Assembly (NCBI RefSeq): GCF_009914755.1
Contig: NC_060932.1
From: the human T2T-CHM13v2.0 reference genome, Homo sapiens
DNA length: 64,000 nucleotides
Direction: 5' to 3' (one strand)
Position 1 is the stretch's first letter; each line of letters begins with the position of its first letter. The notes below the pieces were generated by a model, which saw only the letters and a list, made by a program, of their open reading frames with translations, made no database searches and was not told where the DNA came from. The translations under genes were made by a program, and so were the position numbers. Shown here piece by piece: positions 39,481 through 54,586 of the stretch.

Positions 39481-42400
39481 AGAATCAAATCTTTGCAAGG
39501 TAATTAAGAGGATCAAAATGAATGATGATGTATATTAAGTGCTTGTCAAAATGCTCTACAAATCGTCAACACTCAACAAATGCTAATTTTTTTCCTCTCT
39601 GTTCCTCCTTTCTCTCCATCCCCAACACCTTGACTCTGAATTACTTTTGAATATTTTCAAGAATTAAATCCACCTATAAAGAATAAGGACTTAATGCTAA
39701 TGAAAATAACCAAAGAATGCGCTCCAACCACCCATCTTACCTCCTGGGAGTTTCTAAATTAATAGGATGAACTCAAGGATATTGTATTTGCATATTAAAG
39801 CTAAATAATATATGAATTTACAGTTTATAAAGGACAAGATGACCTTTTCCAAAACAAGTAATTTGAAGCCTAAGCTCATGGAGAGTCTTCATTAAAACTT
39901 CTAATAGGAGCTGTGACTATAAAGTAATGGGATCAATTTATTAAGAAACATATAAGACCCTATATATACAATTAAATGGTATCATCTACAAAACAGTCAC
40001 TTCAGTTGGCTATGTAATATTCCAGTGATGCTACCATAGCCCCAAGTATTTTGTGAACCACTCTTAATTGGTACATATTCCAAAGCTTTATTTTCTCATG
40101 ATTTTTACTACTTAGTCTACATTCACCAACAACACATTAATGAAATACCTGCTATTTATAAGGAGCAGATACTTGAGGAAGTACAATATTAACACTGTGG
40201 TGCACATTTCAGGCCCATTTCTTTGAGTTCTGGCCCAATCATCCCAAAGGATTTTATGGAGTGGCAGATGGTAATCAGGTAATATGACACCTGAAGATAC
40301 CTGGCACCTGATCAGTGATCGCCAAACTGGATGACTGTTCATGGCAGCAAAGGGAGTAAGGGGGCTCTCTAACTACTCCGTGCTGAGTCCAGCAATCTTA
40401 GCTACCAGAAAAAGTGCCAATCCCACCAAAATTCTCTCAATGCAGTATCTTAATGATCAGAAGAAAATTAAGAAAACACCACACCTCTCCAATCTACATA
40501 TCTTTAACTCCCACACCAAAGGAAAATTTCTCCTTTAAAGGATCAGAGCTCTCCCATAGAGGGTAAAGGGGAACCCTGAGGCCCCAAAGGAGACACTAGT
40601 TCAATCAGCAAGGTTTTCTTAATCAGCAAGATTTTTTGAATACTTCCAATATATGCCACATTGGCCAGAGTCTGACAATTACCAGTGCAATTACAGTCTT
40701 AACCAAGCAAGAATCCTCACCTCCCCGAGAGCCAAGCCCAGGAACCAGAGGGAAGTCCTTAGCCCCTGAGACCACTAGCTCCACCCCTTGTAGACATTGT
40801 TCAGTCTAACAGTGTTAACACAAACTGTATGCAACCAAGAGAACTGTTTGACCAATGTCATTCCTAGGAAGAGAGGGAAACAGCCTTATACCCAGGAGTA
40901 TTTGCACAATTCCACCTGTGCAGTCAAGCAAGGTTGGAGAGCAGAAGCCTGAATCATGGAACAGTCTGTCAATCACATCTCTTCTGGGGATAAGGGTAAA
41001 CCAGAAGAGAAAAACATTTCCCTAATTAGCCCTCCATGACCATAGGCTCCTTGGCAGAAAAAGTTCACAATTATATCAGCATTTGGCCCTTACACTCCCT
41101 GGCAGCCAGAACCCCTGAGCTAACTTGCTGTCAATCCGTTAGCGCTGTCAGGAAGCATCTATCTTAAGAGCCATGTAGAAAGCATTCTCTATGATGCTTA
41201 CTTCAAAGTGATGTGCTGGGAGGTACTGAAAAGAATGATGGGTAATGAACCCAAAGTGCATTTAGGAACAGAAAAATCCTCTCTCAGAATCACTGCCAGA
41301 AACTTACAGTAAGGGGGAATCAAAGGGTAGTGTAAAACGATTCTATCTCTGATAAAGTAGGGTTCTTTCGGATGGACTGGTTTATTTTACATAATTTTCA
41401 ACAATTACTTAAGATCATATTCTGTTCCAGAACACAGATCTCCCTCCTCCTGTATTCTAAGTGATTTTCATATCCCAGGCACAGATTTCCTGATATAAGT
41501 ATGCATTTTCAGGAGCAACCACAGCAATTTTCTGTCCAGAAAAAAAGAAAACCACACAGATTTGCCAGTGCTTTCAAGATGTAACTAAAATACTCAGGTG
41601 GGACTTTTCCCAGTGACTTTGTGGGCCCGTAGAGCTAAAGAAAATTTCTGCAACAATTTTCTTGGATGAGAAAGCTGTCATTTTCTTTCCCTGTTATGCA
41701 TTTCAAATTACAGTTTCTAGCCATATTGTTTAGCACACTAGTTTTAATGCTCCTTACAAAAGAATACTGGAGTTTATATTTAAGCTATCAGATTTGTGAT
41801 TCAGCAGCCTCTTTATCTTAGGATGGGGCAGGCAGACTGAAAGAGAATGTGTCCTACGACCTGAAGTAGCTGTTCCTTCTATCACACTATGCCTATGGTT
41901 CCTCTGAAGCATTTGAAAAACTCTACCTGATTTATAACTGCTATGGCTTAAAATGCTATCAACAGTACTGGATGGAAAGTTCAGCTTCCTCTTTTCAGAA
42001 ACATATCTGCTTTATTCCGTGAAAGTAAATGTAACATGCTGCACACACATTTTTCCAATCAAATTGCATAGTTGAGACAAATTCATTTGTGCTTTGTAGC
42101 AGAACTCACAGTAGGTGTTCATATCTAAAAACTTTGATTTGGAAATGCCAAGTCCTGGGCAAGCTCACCTTTGTTTGGAGTGTTAGTTAATGATATGCAC
42201 CGCCATTCCCCTTCCCATGGTTTTGCTAACCGTGTACCTCAGCCTGTACCGTAGGGGAGCATGAGCTTTGAATTAACACAACGGAAATGGGAACAAATCT
42301 AGCTGAACGTCTCCTTCTTGGAGAGAAGCGGGGAAAGGCTCTCAGTCTTGTTGAGGTATCCAGCCCTCAATGAATAGCGGCTGTGTATACTGAGTTTTGT

Positions 42401-42521
42401 TGGTTTGAGGATTGTGTCTGTAGAGGTTAAAAAAAAGAAAGAAAGAAAAGAAGGCACAGTTGTTTCTCAAGTCGCCATTTTCAATTCAACCAACAAAACT
42501 AAATTCTTCCATTTTCAAGCT

Positions 42522-42979
42522 TCAGGAGGGCGGCTCCAAGGCAGCGGGGCTCTCTTCCAGCCCCGGGTCCGCAGAGGAACTTATTGCTTCTGGGAAGGGC
42601 CCCGGGTAGGTCTGTGCTGCGCACTGGATCCCTTTTTGCAGGCCAGTCTCTTCGTGGAATTCTCCCTGGGTGCTGAAAGCTGGGCAAGATCTAGTCCGGG
42701 CATTGTCGGGGTGTCCCACTCTCTCACTCACGGTGCTCAGGGGAAATTCTCTCTGCCTCCGCCTCTGCAGTCCATCCTCCTTGTATTTTATGGAGTACCA
42801 GGCCAGAAAAATAAAAATAAACCCAACGAATTTGAGGCCGGCAGCCAAACCAAAATACACAAAACGAAACGACGTCACGTTGTACTCCCAGCAAGAACCC
42901 TGCACACCACATTCCTGTTGCCAGAGCATGCAGGTGGTGTCAATGACTGCTCCAAAGTAGATTGGAGTAGGAATGTATG
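42522..42979 (-). CDS. SLCO5A1: SLCO5A1 terminal coding exon
   Basis: (A)YIPTPIYFGAVIDTTCMLWQQECGVQGSCWEY...ALEPPS*; OATP C-terminal signature; TGA at 42524-42522. Confidence 0.97.
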
Positions 42980-44324
42980 CTAGAGGGGTGGAGAAGAAGA
43001 AAATACGAAGACTTAGCACATCTTCCAAGGGAAAACAGGTTTGTAAATTAGCAAGGTACTTGTGTGCTCTAAAACCAGTTGAGGGGAGGGATTTTCTTGT
43101 GTTACCAGATTTTTTTTAAGACGCATCATATTTTATCACAATATATTTATCATAAAAGCATTCACTATATGATAAACACTTAAAGTCGAGTTAGCCACCC
43201 AGAATGCGCTGTTGATTTTTAGGATCAAATCAACATGTTGTACCCTTTAAATATATACAATTGTATTTGTCAAGTATACCTCAATAAAGCTGAAAAAAGG
43301 GGTATTGCTAAAAATACAATTAGAGAATCCTTTTAATCTTAAAAATTGGATTTTGTCATTAAGTATTCAACAGGCTATACTAGAACCCTTTATTACCCAC
43401 CAAAATTCGATACGCTTAGTTCTTGTGGGTTGGGCTTTAGTCCTTGGATGCAGGAAAAGTACGAGAAAAGCAGCATCTCCTATGAGTCAGAAACCACATA
43501 ACATGGCAACTTTGTAAAAGCACTTATAAATCTAAGAAATTATATATATGAAGGAACTTTATTATGGCATAAATTTCATCTTTGAAGTTTGTGAAACATC
43601 TGAGATGAATAGTAGCTTCGTTGTCTGGGCTATGACATAGACATTTCCTTAATCCAATGAGAAAAAAAGTCTACCTAGTACATAGACTCCTGTGTCACAT
43701 GCTACTCCCTTTACCAAAATGTTCCCCCAACTCATTCACTTTGCAAATATCTATGCCCCCTTTAAATTCCTGACTTACTCAGATGCCATCATATTCTCAC
43801 TGCATTTTGGATCTACCTCCATTTTATTAACTATCACATAGCATTTTAAATGTTTACAAATTTGTCACTCCATAAGCTTCTTCAAGGCAGGGGCCACGCC
43901 TTTTATTCTTTGCATCCCAAAGACCTCAATAAAAATTTATGGAAGATAGCAATGGGAGGGAGGAGGGAGGAAGGAATAAAAGAGAGAAAGGAGGAAGGGA
44001 GCCAGGAAGACAGAAAGGAAGGCAGAGAGGATAGGCAGGCTGATAACCCAGGAAGCTGTGAGTGATACGTTTTAAATAAGTTGTTTTTATTTAAAATAAA
44101 GTCTATTGGTTTAATTTTAATATTATTAAAGTTTTTAAAACTCTTTTTCTGCTTCAGAATTTGGGGGGAAATGAAAATTGGCTTGTTGGCCCAACTAGAC
44201 TTTTTCACAATCCATAGAAGTTAAAATAAAGTTGAATTAAATAATAAATGTCTGAAATGTTCTCCCTCCACTTATTCTTGATGCTGTAGCATACATCTGT
44301 TGACTCACCTTTACCTCCAAATCA

Positions 44325-45129
<805 letters not shown>

Positions 45130-46262
45130 TAAGGCAGACTTCTTCACTATATCTAAGTGTGTCAGGATTTCCTTTAAACAGCATGTTTTTTAAAAAATGA
45201 TAGCCTCAGAGTCTTATTAGTACTGAAAAAAACAAGCCACTCATTAAATGGAACTAGAAGCATTTTCCTCCTGGGGCTTATTGAAAATGCTCATTCTTGG
45301 ACTGGGCCATCAACCACAACATATGACAAATGGAGAATGCCAGGGGATTCATGCTTCAGGGGGTCAGAAGATGCCCTTTTTAAACATTACCTCTTCAAAA
45401 CTGAAATAAGAAATTTGAATCAAAAAGCAATTTTTTTGTCTTGTAGACAATGACACTGATTACTGAGGAGAAAATAACAGCTGAAGGAAATGACAGACTG
45501 CCACTTGAGAAAAAGACATTATAAAAGGAAAAATAAGCTTGATGACAAAGACGTCAATTTAAAATACATTGAAACTGATCAAAGGAATGTTGTATGTTAC
45601 ATGCTTATTTCCCATTGTCTCAAGAACTCACAGAGGGATGTGGTGTTTGTAAAAATAAGACCTATGTTCCACCCGTACAAATGTACTCTGTGGTTTATCA
45701 CATGGACACAGCACTACTGAGCTTCTCTTGTTGATAAGTAAATACTTACAAGGCAGTCCCTATATGTCACTTTGGAGACCTTTCTTTTCCTTTTTAAAGT
45801 TTTTTCTTTTTCTCAGAAAACTTGATAGGTATACTCTTTGTTTAGTCCAATAAAATTACTGTAAAGAAGTGAGGCATTGAAAACTTCACAAATAAAGACC
45901 AATTTCTACTGCTTTCATAGTAAAAAGGCATAAAGGGGTCAAAATGCTAGGATTACAAATTCTTCACAAATTGCTTGATTTCCTATTTCTTACTGTGCAA
46001 AATTCTGGGGAATTTTGTCCAAGTTTATGTTCATAATGAAAAAGAAACTAACCTAACGTTGGTTTTGTTTTGTTTCATCAAACAACAGAACCTGTCAGCT
46101 TCTAGTTCAAATCAGAAAACAAGGAAGTTGTACCCTCACCACTAGCCTGTAAAATCTTATTCATGGTAATAAATGACATGACTTGCCATTTTTAAAGGAC
46201 AGTGAAAATTTGCCATCTGCAAAGAGGAACTAAGAGGTACACTTGGAAATTCAGGGACGTAC

Positions 46263-46327
46263 CAAGTGTTCGCAACAAAACAAACTGCATTCCCAGTGCA
46301 AAAGGTCTCTCCTCATCTTCTACGGAC
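46263..46327 (-). CDS. SLCO5A1: SLCO5A1 65-nt exon
   Basis: (R)SVEDEERPFALGMQFVLLRTL, a conserved OATP motif; TAG| acceptor and |GTACGT donor. Confidence 0.96.
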
Positions 46328-47686
46328 CTACAGTGAAGGGAAAGAAGGAAATGCATTTTAAATAGTAGCCCCAAGAAAATGAATGTCAAATCAAGTCGGC
46401 TTTGTGCAGAGCCAGGGACTAAAGATGCCATGCCAAAATATTTAATTCACTATTATTTACTAACAATAGCCACACAAGATTGCTGGTGGCTAAATCCCTG
46501 AATAAAGGTTTTCCCAATGTAGACATCAAAGAAACTCTGACTATCTCTAATTGTTTCTACAAAAATACTGGTAGAGGGTTAAAGGCTTTTGGCTGAAGAA
46601 GCTGGAATGCCTCTAACTGAGCTTCCAAAATCAGATCCATTTTTTTTTAATTATAGAATTTCATCTTAAATACTGCACGGTTTTTTTGTTTTTGTTTTTG
46701 TTTTTGTTTTTTTGCCTGTGTGCCTGCATCTTCCAGAGTGGTAGATGCATACATTGAAAATTACTCCAATAATTCTTCCAAAACAGGAAGAAAGAAGAGT
46801 AAAGAATAAAAGTATATTCAAAAAATGTATAGGAAACAAGTCAAAGATCAGAGGAAGCATAAGCCCTCCAACCACATCTTTTTTTCTTTTTTAAAAACTT
46901 ATACTCCAAGTTATTCCCATGTGACAGGAAGATTGGAGTCAACTGGTTCTGTAATTAGCAAAGATTAAAGGGCTCCTTTTCTGAAATTTTAGGTTAGAAG
47001 CCAACTGGCGATTTGCCATTTATGAACACCAAAAGAAAAAGTAGCCAATGGGTTATTTAACATCTCTTGAGGAATTAAAGTGCAAAGAATAAGATTATTT
47101 GAGTAAATTTATGAATGATTCATGTCTTTTTAATGCTGCAGTACCTTAACCTCTCCATCACATACCCATGAGAGTATGGTATATAATAGGAACTTTCCCA
47201 AGACCAGTGCCCTTGTCACCTTTTCCCCAATTTCTTTATTTCTCAGAGCAATTTGCAAAGTGCTGCACACAGGTTGTTATTCCATAAATATCTGCTGCTG
47301 GAAGAACTGAGTAAACAAACCAGTGGGCCTTTCATGCACTACTATCTGGCTGTCAAGGAACAGCTTTGCTGGGAAATGCCTGATTCAGCACCAAGTGGGA
47401 AGGAAGCCAGAATACATCTGGTGCAGCCAACTGCCCTTGCTAAGCAATGACATCTCAGCAGGTGCTTCCTGCAAGGTGCCCAGCATTGTGGCATCTGAGG
47501 AGCCTGGAGAAAGAGTAAGAACTGACTCCCTTTCTTCATTCCTTCCCTGCACTGCACCCCCTAATCCCCCCTAATCCCCTTCCCTGCACTGCACCCCCTA
47601 ATCTGGGCAGAAGCTGCCCAGACCCATGGGTGAGCTCTTCTGGCTTCACCACGCTGCCCAGTTCCTTTGTCCACTGCAGTCCTTAC

Positions 47687-48352
47687 TGTAAATATCAACA
47701 CACCGATGTGAATGTATCAGCGTGGCAGGCCTCCATAACAACTGTTTCAGTACAGACTGAGTGTTTAAGTTAAATATTAAAAGCCAGTGCCCTTATACAA
47801 ATGCTGGAATGTAACAAAAGTCCACCAAGAATTTTGCCTAAGTCTTTCCTGGGCCTTAAAGCACGACAAAATAATGAACAAATTCTTAACAGGATCCATT
47901 TAGGATTAAACAAGTTTTATTGGGGGTCTGAAAAAACTCCCTAGGCCTCCATAAACAGGTTTATTGGGGGTCTGAAGGAACTCCCCAAACCTCCGTGATT
48001 TAGCAGGAGACAAGATAAGGGTAATCACCCCAGCACCTGGACCCATTTAGATTAAGTAAACTTACTGAGGCTCCAGAAGAAGGTCTTCAAGATTCAGATC
48101 TTAGTTATAAATTAAAAGAAATTAATCACTTATGTCTTTAGATGAATGCACACTTACACGTAGACAGATAGCTTAGAATGTATATAAGCTCTAATAAACT
48201 TTGTAATTTTGAGTTGGTCTGGTGTTTATTTCCAGGCCTTCTCCCTGTAACTGGTTACAGAAATAAAAACCCTCTTCCTCCCCTGTTCATCTGTATCACG
48301 TTATTGCAGTGCAAAAAAATAGCAGCCCGACCATCATTTTGGTCCAGGAACA
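47687..48352 (+). mobile_element. ERV solo LTR (family uncertain)
   Basis: TATA-like box, AATAAA, ends GGTCCAGGAACA; internal tandem block AAACA.GTTT..TTGGGGGTCTGAA; left edge approximate. Confidence 0.7.
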
Positions 48353-49031
48353 CCAGTGCCAACATTTTTAATAGGACAAAAGTAGCTTCCATGTCCTCTT
48401 ATAAACAAAAAATCCAAACAAGATATGGCAAAGAAAGCACAGCCTGAAAAACTGAAAAAAAAAAAAAGGGAGAAATCACATTCCCCAATATGCCCTTTTC
48501 TTGACTCAACTCTGAAATTTTATATGATAGTAAAATTAATGAACTCAGCATTTCAAATTGCAGGCCCAGCATAAATCACCACTGATCCTGAAGGCAGTAA
48601 CTATCTATAAGGTTGAAGATAATAGCCTTTGCTGTATGCACGATTTAGCAACTTTCTCAAATTACTTCCTGCCCTCCTCTGGGGTCCAGCTTCTCACAGC
48701 TGACAGAGTGATGACTTTCAACTCCTGAAGGTGAACCTCGTAGGGCAGAGACTTCAGGAATCAAAAACATCAAAAGACGTTTCATTATACAGTAAGAATA
48801 TAACCCAACTGAATAAAGAACTTTCCAAAGTATGAAATGTTACAACCTTTCTTTCCCTTCCCAACAGGGAAAAATCCCTCCTAAGTTCACCAGGCAAATA
48901 TCTGAGCGCCCTCCTGCACATGCTAATTTTGCTTTGCTCTCTGATTTACCACATAAGCCCCTTGTCCTGGATTATGTGCTCTGGAAATTATAAGTACAGA
49001 ACCCACCCCAGAAGTTGAATGCTGTTCTCAC

Positions 49032-49273
49032 CTGAGTGTTACTATGATAGCTGATGGTTGGGCACATGCTGTGATGAAGGTGACTATGAAAAGAAAAACT
49101 AAGAATGGGATAAGAGTATTGCAGGTCCGTTTACATTTCCCAGACACAGCATAGCCGTTCTCATTGAGATAAGTCTTGACAATAACCACACGGAGCTGAC
49201 TTCGCTGTCCCACGGTGGGTGGAGTGATCACTTGGCGACTTTGGACACAGGTGCATTCTGTATAATTCCGTAT
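49032..49273 (-). CDS. SLCO5A1: SLCO5A1 exon (loop plus transmembrane helix)
   Basis: IRNYTECTCVQ...CKRTCNTLIPFLVFLFIVTFITACAQPSAIIVTLR; 242 nt, phases compatible with both neighbours. Confidence 0.96.
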
Positions 49274-49789
49274 CTAAGTGAGCAAAATAAAGATGAGTTG
49301 TGTGCCCCTCAAAAGCTAACTGTGGCATAAGAATATTAAGACAAAGTTAAGTAAAAGTACTCTAAAATAGCTCAAATATTTTTTCAAACACAAAATATTT
49401 CATTGAAAGTACCTTCCTCATTGGTAACAGTAAGGATCTCAAGTGTGTGTCTAACAGAATCAAAGTCTGCTGGTCAAAATTGTTTAAACCTAAACTTTTC
49501 TAAGAAGCTTTCAACATTCAATACCATTCACGTTCTGCAGGCTCATTTTTGTCATCATTATATTCTGCCTCCATTGCTGTTAACTCTTGGGCTCTCCAAT
49601 TAGAGAAGCCCCTCAAAAAACAGATCCAAACCTTATTTTTCTTTGTGCTCACAGAGCACCTAGCACAACTCTGGGCACACAGTGGGCCCTAAAGTAAACA
49701 TCTATTAAATGCAGAGAATTTATAGTGCAATCGTGATGACTTTAGCGCCAATAATAGTGAACATCTCATTGGTGTTCCGTTTTCTTTTC

Positions 49790-50393
49790 TTTTTCAACTT
49801 TTATTTTAGATGCAGGGAGTACATGTGCAGGTTTGTTACACGGGTCTATTGTGTGATGCTGAGGTTTGGTGTACAGATGATCCCATCACCCAAATCATGA
49901 GCATAGTTCCCAACAGGTAGTTTTTCACACCTCCCTCCCCATCTCCACCCTCTAGTAGTCTCCAGTGTCTATTGTTTCCATTTTTGTGTCCATGAGTACC
50001 CAATGTTTAGCTCCCACTTATAAGTGAGAACATGCGGTATTTGGTTTTCTAATCCTGCATTAATTCACTTAGGATAATGGCCTCCAGCTGCATCCATGTT
50101 GCTGCCAAGGTCATGATTTTATTCTTTTTTATGGCTGTGTAGTACTCCATGGTGTATATTATCACATTTTCTTTATGGAATTCATCACTGATGAGCACCT
50201 AGCTTGATTCCATGTCTTTACTATTGTGAACAGTGCTGCGATGAACATACAAGTGCATGTGTCTTTCTGGTAGAACAATTTGTTTTCTTTTGGATACATA
50301 CACAGGAATGAGATTGCTGGGTTGAGTGGTCGTTTTAAGTTCTTTGAGAAATCTCCAAACTGCTTTCCACGGTGTCTAAGTTAATATACATTC
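49790..50393 (-). mobile_element. Old L1PA/L1PB 3' fragment
   Basis: L1 3' UTR and ORF2-end motifs (CTCCCACTTATAAGTGAGAACATG). Confidence 0.85.
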
Positions 50394-50965
50394 TGGTGCT
50401 TCCATTTTTAAACATCTTTGAAGTCCCTTTAGTTAGCTGGTGCCCTACACCCTATAGAAGAGCAACCAGCTCCATGGATGTAACTTGGCTACTACAGCCC
50501 CCACCCAGTACTGCTCCTGGACTGTGACAGAGTCAGACTAAATGGACATCAGCTGGCCTTCATTGCAACCTTTGAATACTTGAAGCAGTCATAAGAAAAA
50601 GTATGAAGATGGGGCACTGTTTGGCTGTCATGCTCAAAAGACTGCTGGCATATTTTAAAGGATGAACACTCACTCTCAAGAAAGGACTTCGCCACCAAGA
50701 GAACAGATCTCACCCTTTCAACATGGCGACACAGTGGAGTTCACCAATTATATAATGGGGAACAAACAACAGGAATTCTCAATTTATCATTGCAGTTTAA
50801 AACTCAGACATCAAAAACAATATCCCCAAAACATTCAGTGGATGGTATAATCCCTTATCACCTGCACAGAACAAGCACATGCATTTTAACCTTTTAGTGA
50901 AAGCAACTTCGTACAATCTGTTCTTCACAAAGAATCAAACTGGGCTCAATAAGTAACTGTGTAGA

Positions 50966-51256
50966 GGCCGGGCACAGTGGCTCACACCTGTAATCCCAGC
51001 ACTTTGGAAGGCCAAGGCAGGCAGATCACCTGAGGTCGGGAGTTCGAAACCAGCCTGACCAACATGGAGAAACCCCGTCTCTACTAAAAATACAAAATTA
51101 GCCAGGCATGGTGGCACATGCCTATAATCCCAACTACTAGGGAGGCTGAGGCAGGAGAATCACTTCAACCTGGGAGGCGGAGGTTGAGGTGAGCCGAGAT
51201 CATGCCATTGCACTCCAGCCTGGGCAACAAGAGCAAAACTCCATCTCAAAAAAAAG
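50966..51256 (+). mobile_element. AluSp-like
   Basis: GACCAACATGGAGAAACCCC diagnostic. Confidence 0.88.
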
Positions 51257-51837
51257 AAACAGTAGAATATGAAAACCTTCTCCCACAGTATTACAGCCCA
51301 TTTATAATTTACAGGAAAGGGAATTCTCAAAATAGCCTATTCTTGAACTGTCAGAAATATCTTTACTTTGAAAGTTTTTTTTTAAGCCGGAACTGAACTG
51401 ATATAGTCTATGAAAAATGGCCATCACCCATCTTCACAGACTCCAGTCAGGGGAGGTGCTTTCCTATACTTTTTTATCAGCACCAAATGTGGTCATCTTG
51501 ACCTTCAAATCCATCACAAGGGCCCTGTCAGAGAAACAAATGGCAGGCCTAGAGCTCAACCTTATCAAGTTTCACTGACTTGGCGCAGAATATAAAGTAG
51601 GAGAAGGCTGATATGGAACAAAATCCCTGCACCCAAATGTTCCAGTCATCCCTGGAAAAAAAAATAATAGCAATGCATAATTTTCTTTCCTCTAGGTTTT
51701 CATCAGAGGTATTTTGTAGGTTACTTGGAGCCTCTTGAAAAGAAAGACTGAAGTCATTGTAGCTGCATAGGAATTTCATCACATCCTTGTCACAGGATGT
51801 TGGACTAACAGAAGAGGAACTTGTGAAATATACTCAC

Positions 51838-51997
51838 CCCAGTGCTAAGATTACCACTATTAACACAGCCAGCCAGACAAGGGTTAAAGTATGTAATTCC
51901 ATCTGATCCACAGACTGGCTCATACTCGTGTATTTTACAACCACAATTAACGTTGCAGCTTCCTGTCAGATTCCTATGGGGCATGGTGAGAGAAGGT
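51838..51997 (-). CDS. SLCO5A1: SLCO5A1 exon, Kazal-like extracellular domain
   Basis: AG/GT boundaries on the - strand; PSLTMPHRNLTGSCNVNCGCKIHEYEPVCGSDGITYFNPCLAGC contains the OATP Kazal motif. Confidence 0.96.
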
Positions 51998-53156
51998 CTA
52001 AGAGAGAAGAGAAGCAGATCATGAGCAACACTTACCAAAATAAAACTCATAGGAAAGGTCTTGAAATTAATAATTTGTCCATTTTAGAGAAAATATTCTT
52101 CCCATTGAATCAAAGCCATGATACCCAAAGTAGTCATCCTCAACAATTATTTTGTGACTTTAAAACAAAACATAAAGAAAAATGTTTCAACTTACTGGTA
52201 TTACAGATTCAATGCTTTTTATCAAATTACTGCCCCACATCAATTTCACCCTCCCTCTTGGTGCTATGAACCTGGTCTCAACATCTGGGCTCTGCAATTC
52301 CAACCCTAATATAACTACTCACTTACTGTAGGCGCCAGGCTCTACATCTTAACAAATCTGTACCTCAATTTCTTTATAAAATGGAGAAAATACTTTTTAG
52401 TATTGAATCAATAACATCACTGTGAGCACATGATCACTGTTAAAATCCATCTATCCCAGTTATTAATATACGTTCCTTCGACCAAAAACTTGTATTCTAG
52501 AATAAATTATCAAAGAAAGGCATTGGGGCTCTAGACAATCAAAATGAAGTATTTTCAAAGATGATTAGGAATCACATTGCTAGTTTGATTTAAACAACCA
52601 GAGAATAAAGATTAAGCAGTTCTTCACTCAGGATTGCCCCGGTGTGGATCCACAATCAAATATGGTGGGTTTCTTTTCTTGAGATCATGGTGTCTGATAC
52701 AAAGAAATGATACCATATGAAAGGCTTGAAGAAAATAAATTCAGGCAACAAATATAGAGGGAAGGAAAGGCAGGTAAGGATATAGGCCTGGGGAGAAGAG
52801 TGTAAACAAACAGCGGTGGAAGAGCAGAGGAGCACCTGGGGGATCCACAGGAAAAGGAAAGGCGCTCTGTACTGCTCGTACCCCATGACCGCTTTTGCTT
52901 TTGTGACCACCAGTTTTGTGTATCACTGATGAAATGTTGTTCCCAAGACTAGATGAGTTAGCAATAGCAGATCCTTCATCCAACCATCCATTTTTCCAGT
53001 ATCTACCCATTTAACAAATATTTTGGAATGTCTGTTACGTACCAGGTCTTATCTTTTTTGAAATAGATTTAGAGGGGGTGAAAGAACAGTTTTGTCATGT
53101 GGATATATTGTGTAGTAGCGAAGTTTGGGCTTTTAGTGAACCCATCACCTGACTGA

Positions 53157-53561
<405 letters not shown>

Positions 53562-53860
53562 TAGCCCATCCCAATCATGCGTGTTAATTGGTGTTTGTTC
53601 AAAGGTTTTTCTCCTGTGGCCTCTTTCAAACTTTGATAATGAGTCCTTAAATTTTAATGGGGGAAACAAATTCAAAACAATATTAAAGTCTTATCAAGAA
53701 ATCCTCCTAACAATGCAAAAGGCAAATAAATTCTGTTTTTCATTCATGTCGCTCCATAGAAAAAAAGTATGACAAGACTCTAATAATCATTACATTCACA
53801 AACTCCTAGTGTCATATCATCTTAAAGTTTGTATATACCTAAAAAAATATTATTCTAGAC

Positions 53861-54586
53861 TAGTGGGTCTCCACTGGGTCAATTTTGCCCCCCCAGGGGA
53901 CCTTTGGCAACGTCAGGAGACAATTTTAGTTCTCACAACTGAGGGGGTGCTACGGGCATCTAATGGGCCAGTAGTTCCTACTGAGGTAGGAGATCAGCGG
54001 GACCTGCTTTCTGAGCCCTGGTCACAACCCTGCTGATCAAAACAGGATGTAGCAAAGAAACTGGCCAAATCCAGGAGAACCAAGATGGCAACCAAAGCGA
54101 CCTCTAGTTGCTTTGCTAATTATATGCTAATTATAATACATTTGCATAAGACACTCCCACCACCACCATGGCAGTTTATAAATGATGCCATGGCAAATGG
54201 CCCAAAAGTTACCTTATATGGTTCTGGGAACTCTCTGCCCCTTTTCCAGAAAGTTTGTGAATAACCTGCCCCTTATTTTGTATATAATTAATAGTGGGTA
54301 TAAATATAGCCAGCCAGCAATCCACAAGTGCTTCTCTGGGCCACTCCACCTATGCTCTATGAAGGAGCCATTTTGCTGTACACTGCTTCTCTAATAAACT
54401 TGTTTTCTTTCACTGCCAGCTTGCTCTTGAATTCTTTCCTGTGCAAAGCCAAGAACTCCTCCTAGCTGAGACCCAATTTTGAGGTTTTGCCTGCATCACT
54501 ACAATGCACAGGAAGGCCCCCACCACCTCCCATTATAAGGAATTATCTGGCCCAAATGTCAATAGTGCTGAGGATGAGACACTCTG
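53861..54586. mobile_element. MER20 hAT element split by an LTR
   Basis: MER20-like ends; 8-bp TSD TTCTAGAC at 53853-53860 and 54587-54594. Confidence 0.85.
53982..54498 (+). mobile_element. ERV1 solo LTR (MER41-like)
   Basis: TG...CA ends, 4-bp TSD CTAC, TATAAA and AATAAA. Confidence 0.85.

Noticed and set aside
42405-42983. 192-aa ORF on the + strand
   Set aside because: Antisense shadow of the GC-rich SLCO5A1 last exon; non-ATG start and no recognisable protein features
47541-47603. Short tandem duplication CCTTCCCTGCACTGCACCCCCTAATC
   Set aside because: Simple slippage duplication with no further structure
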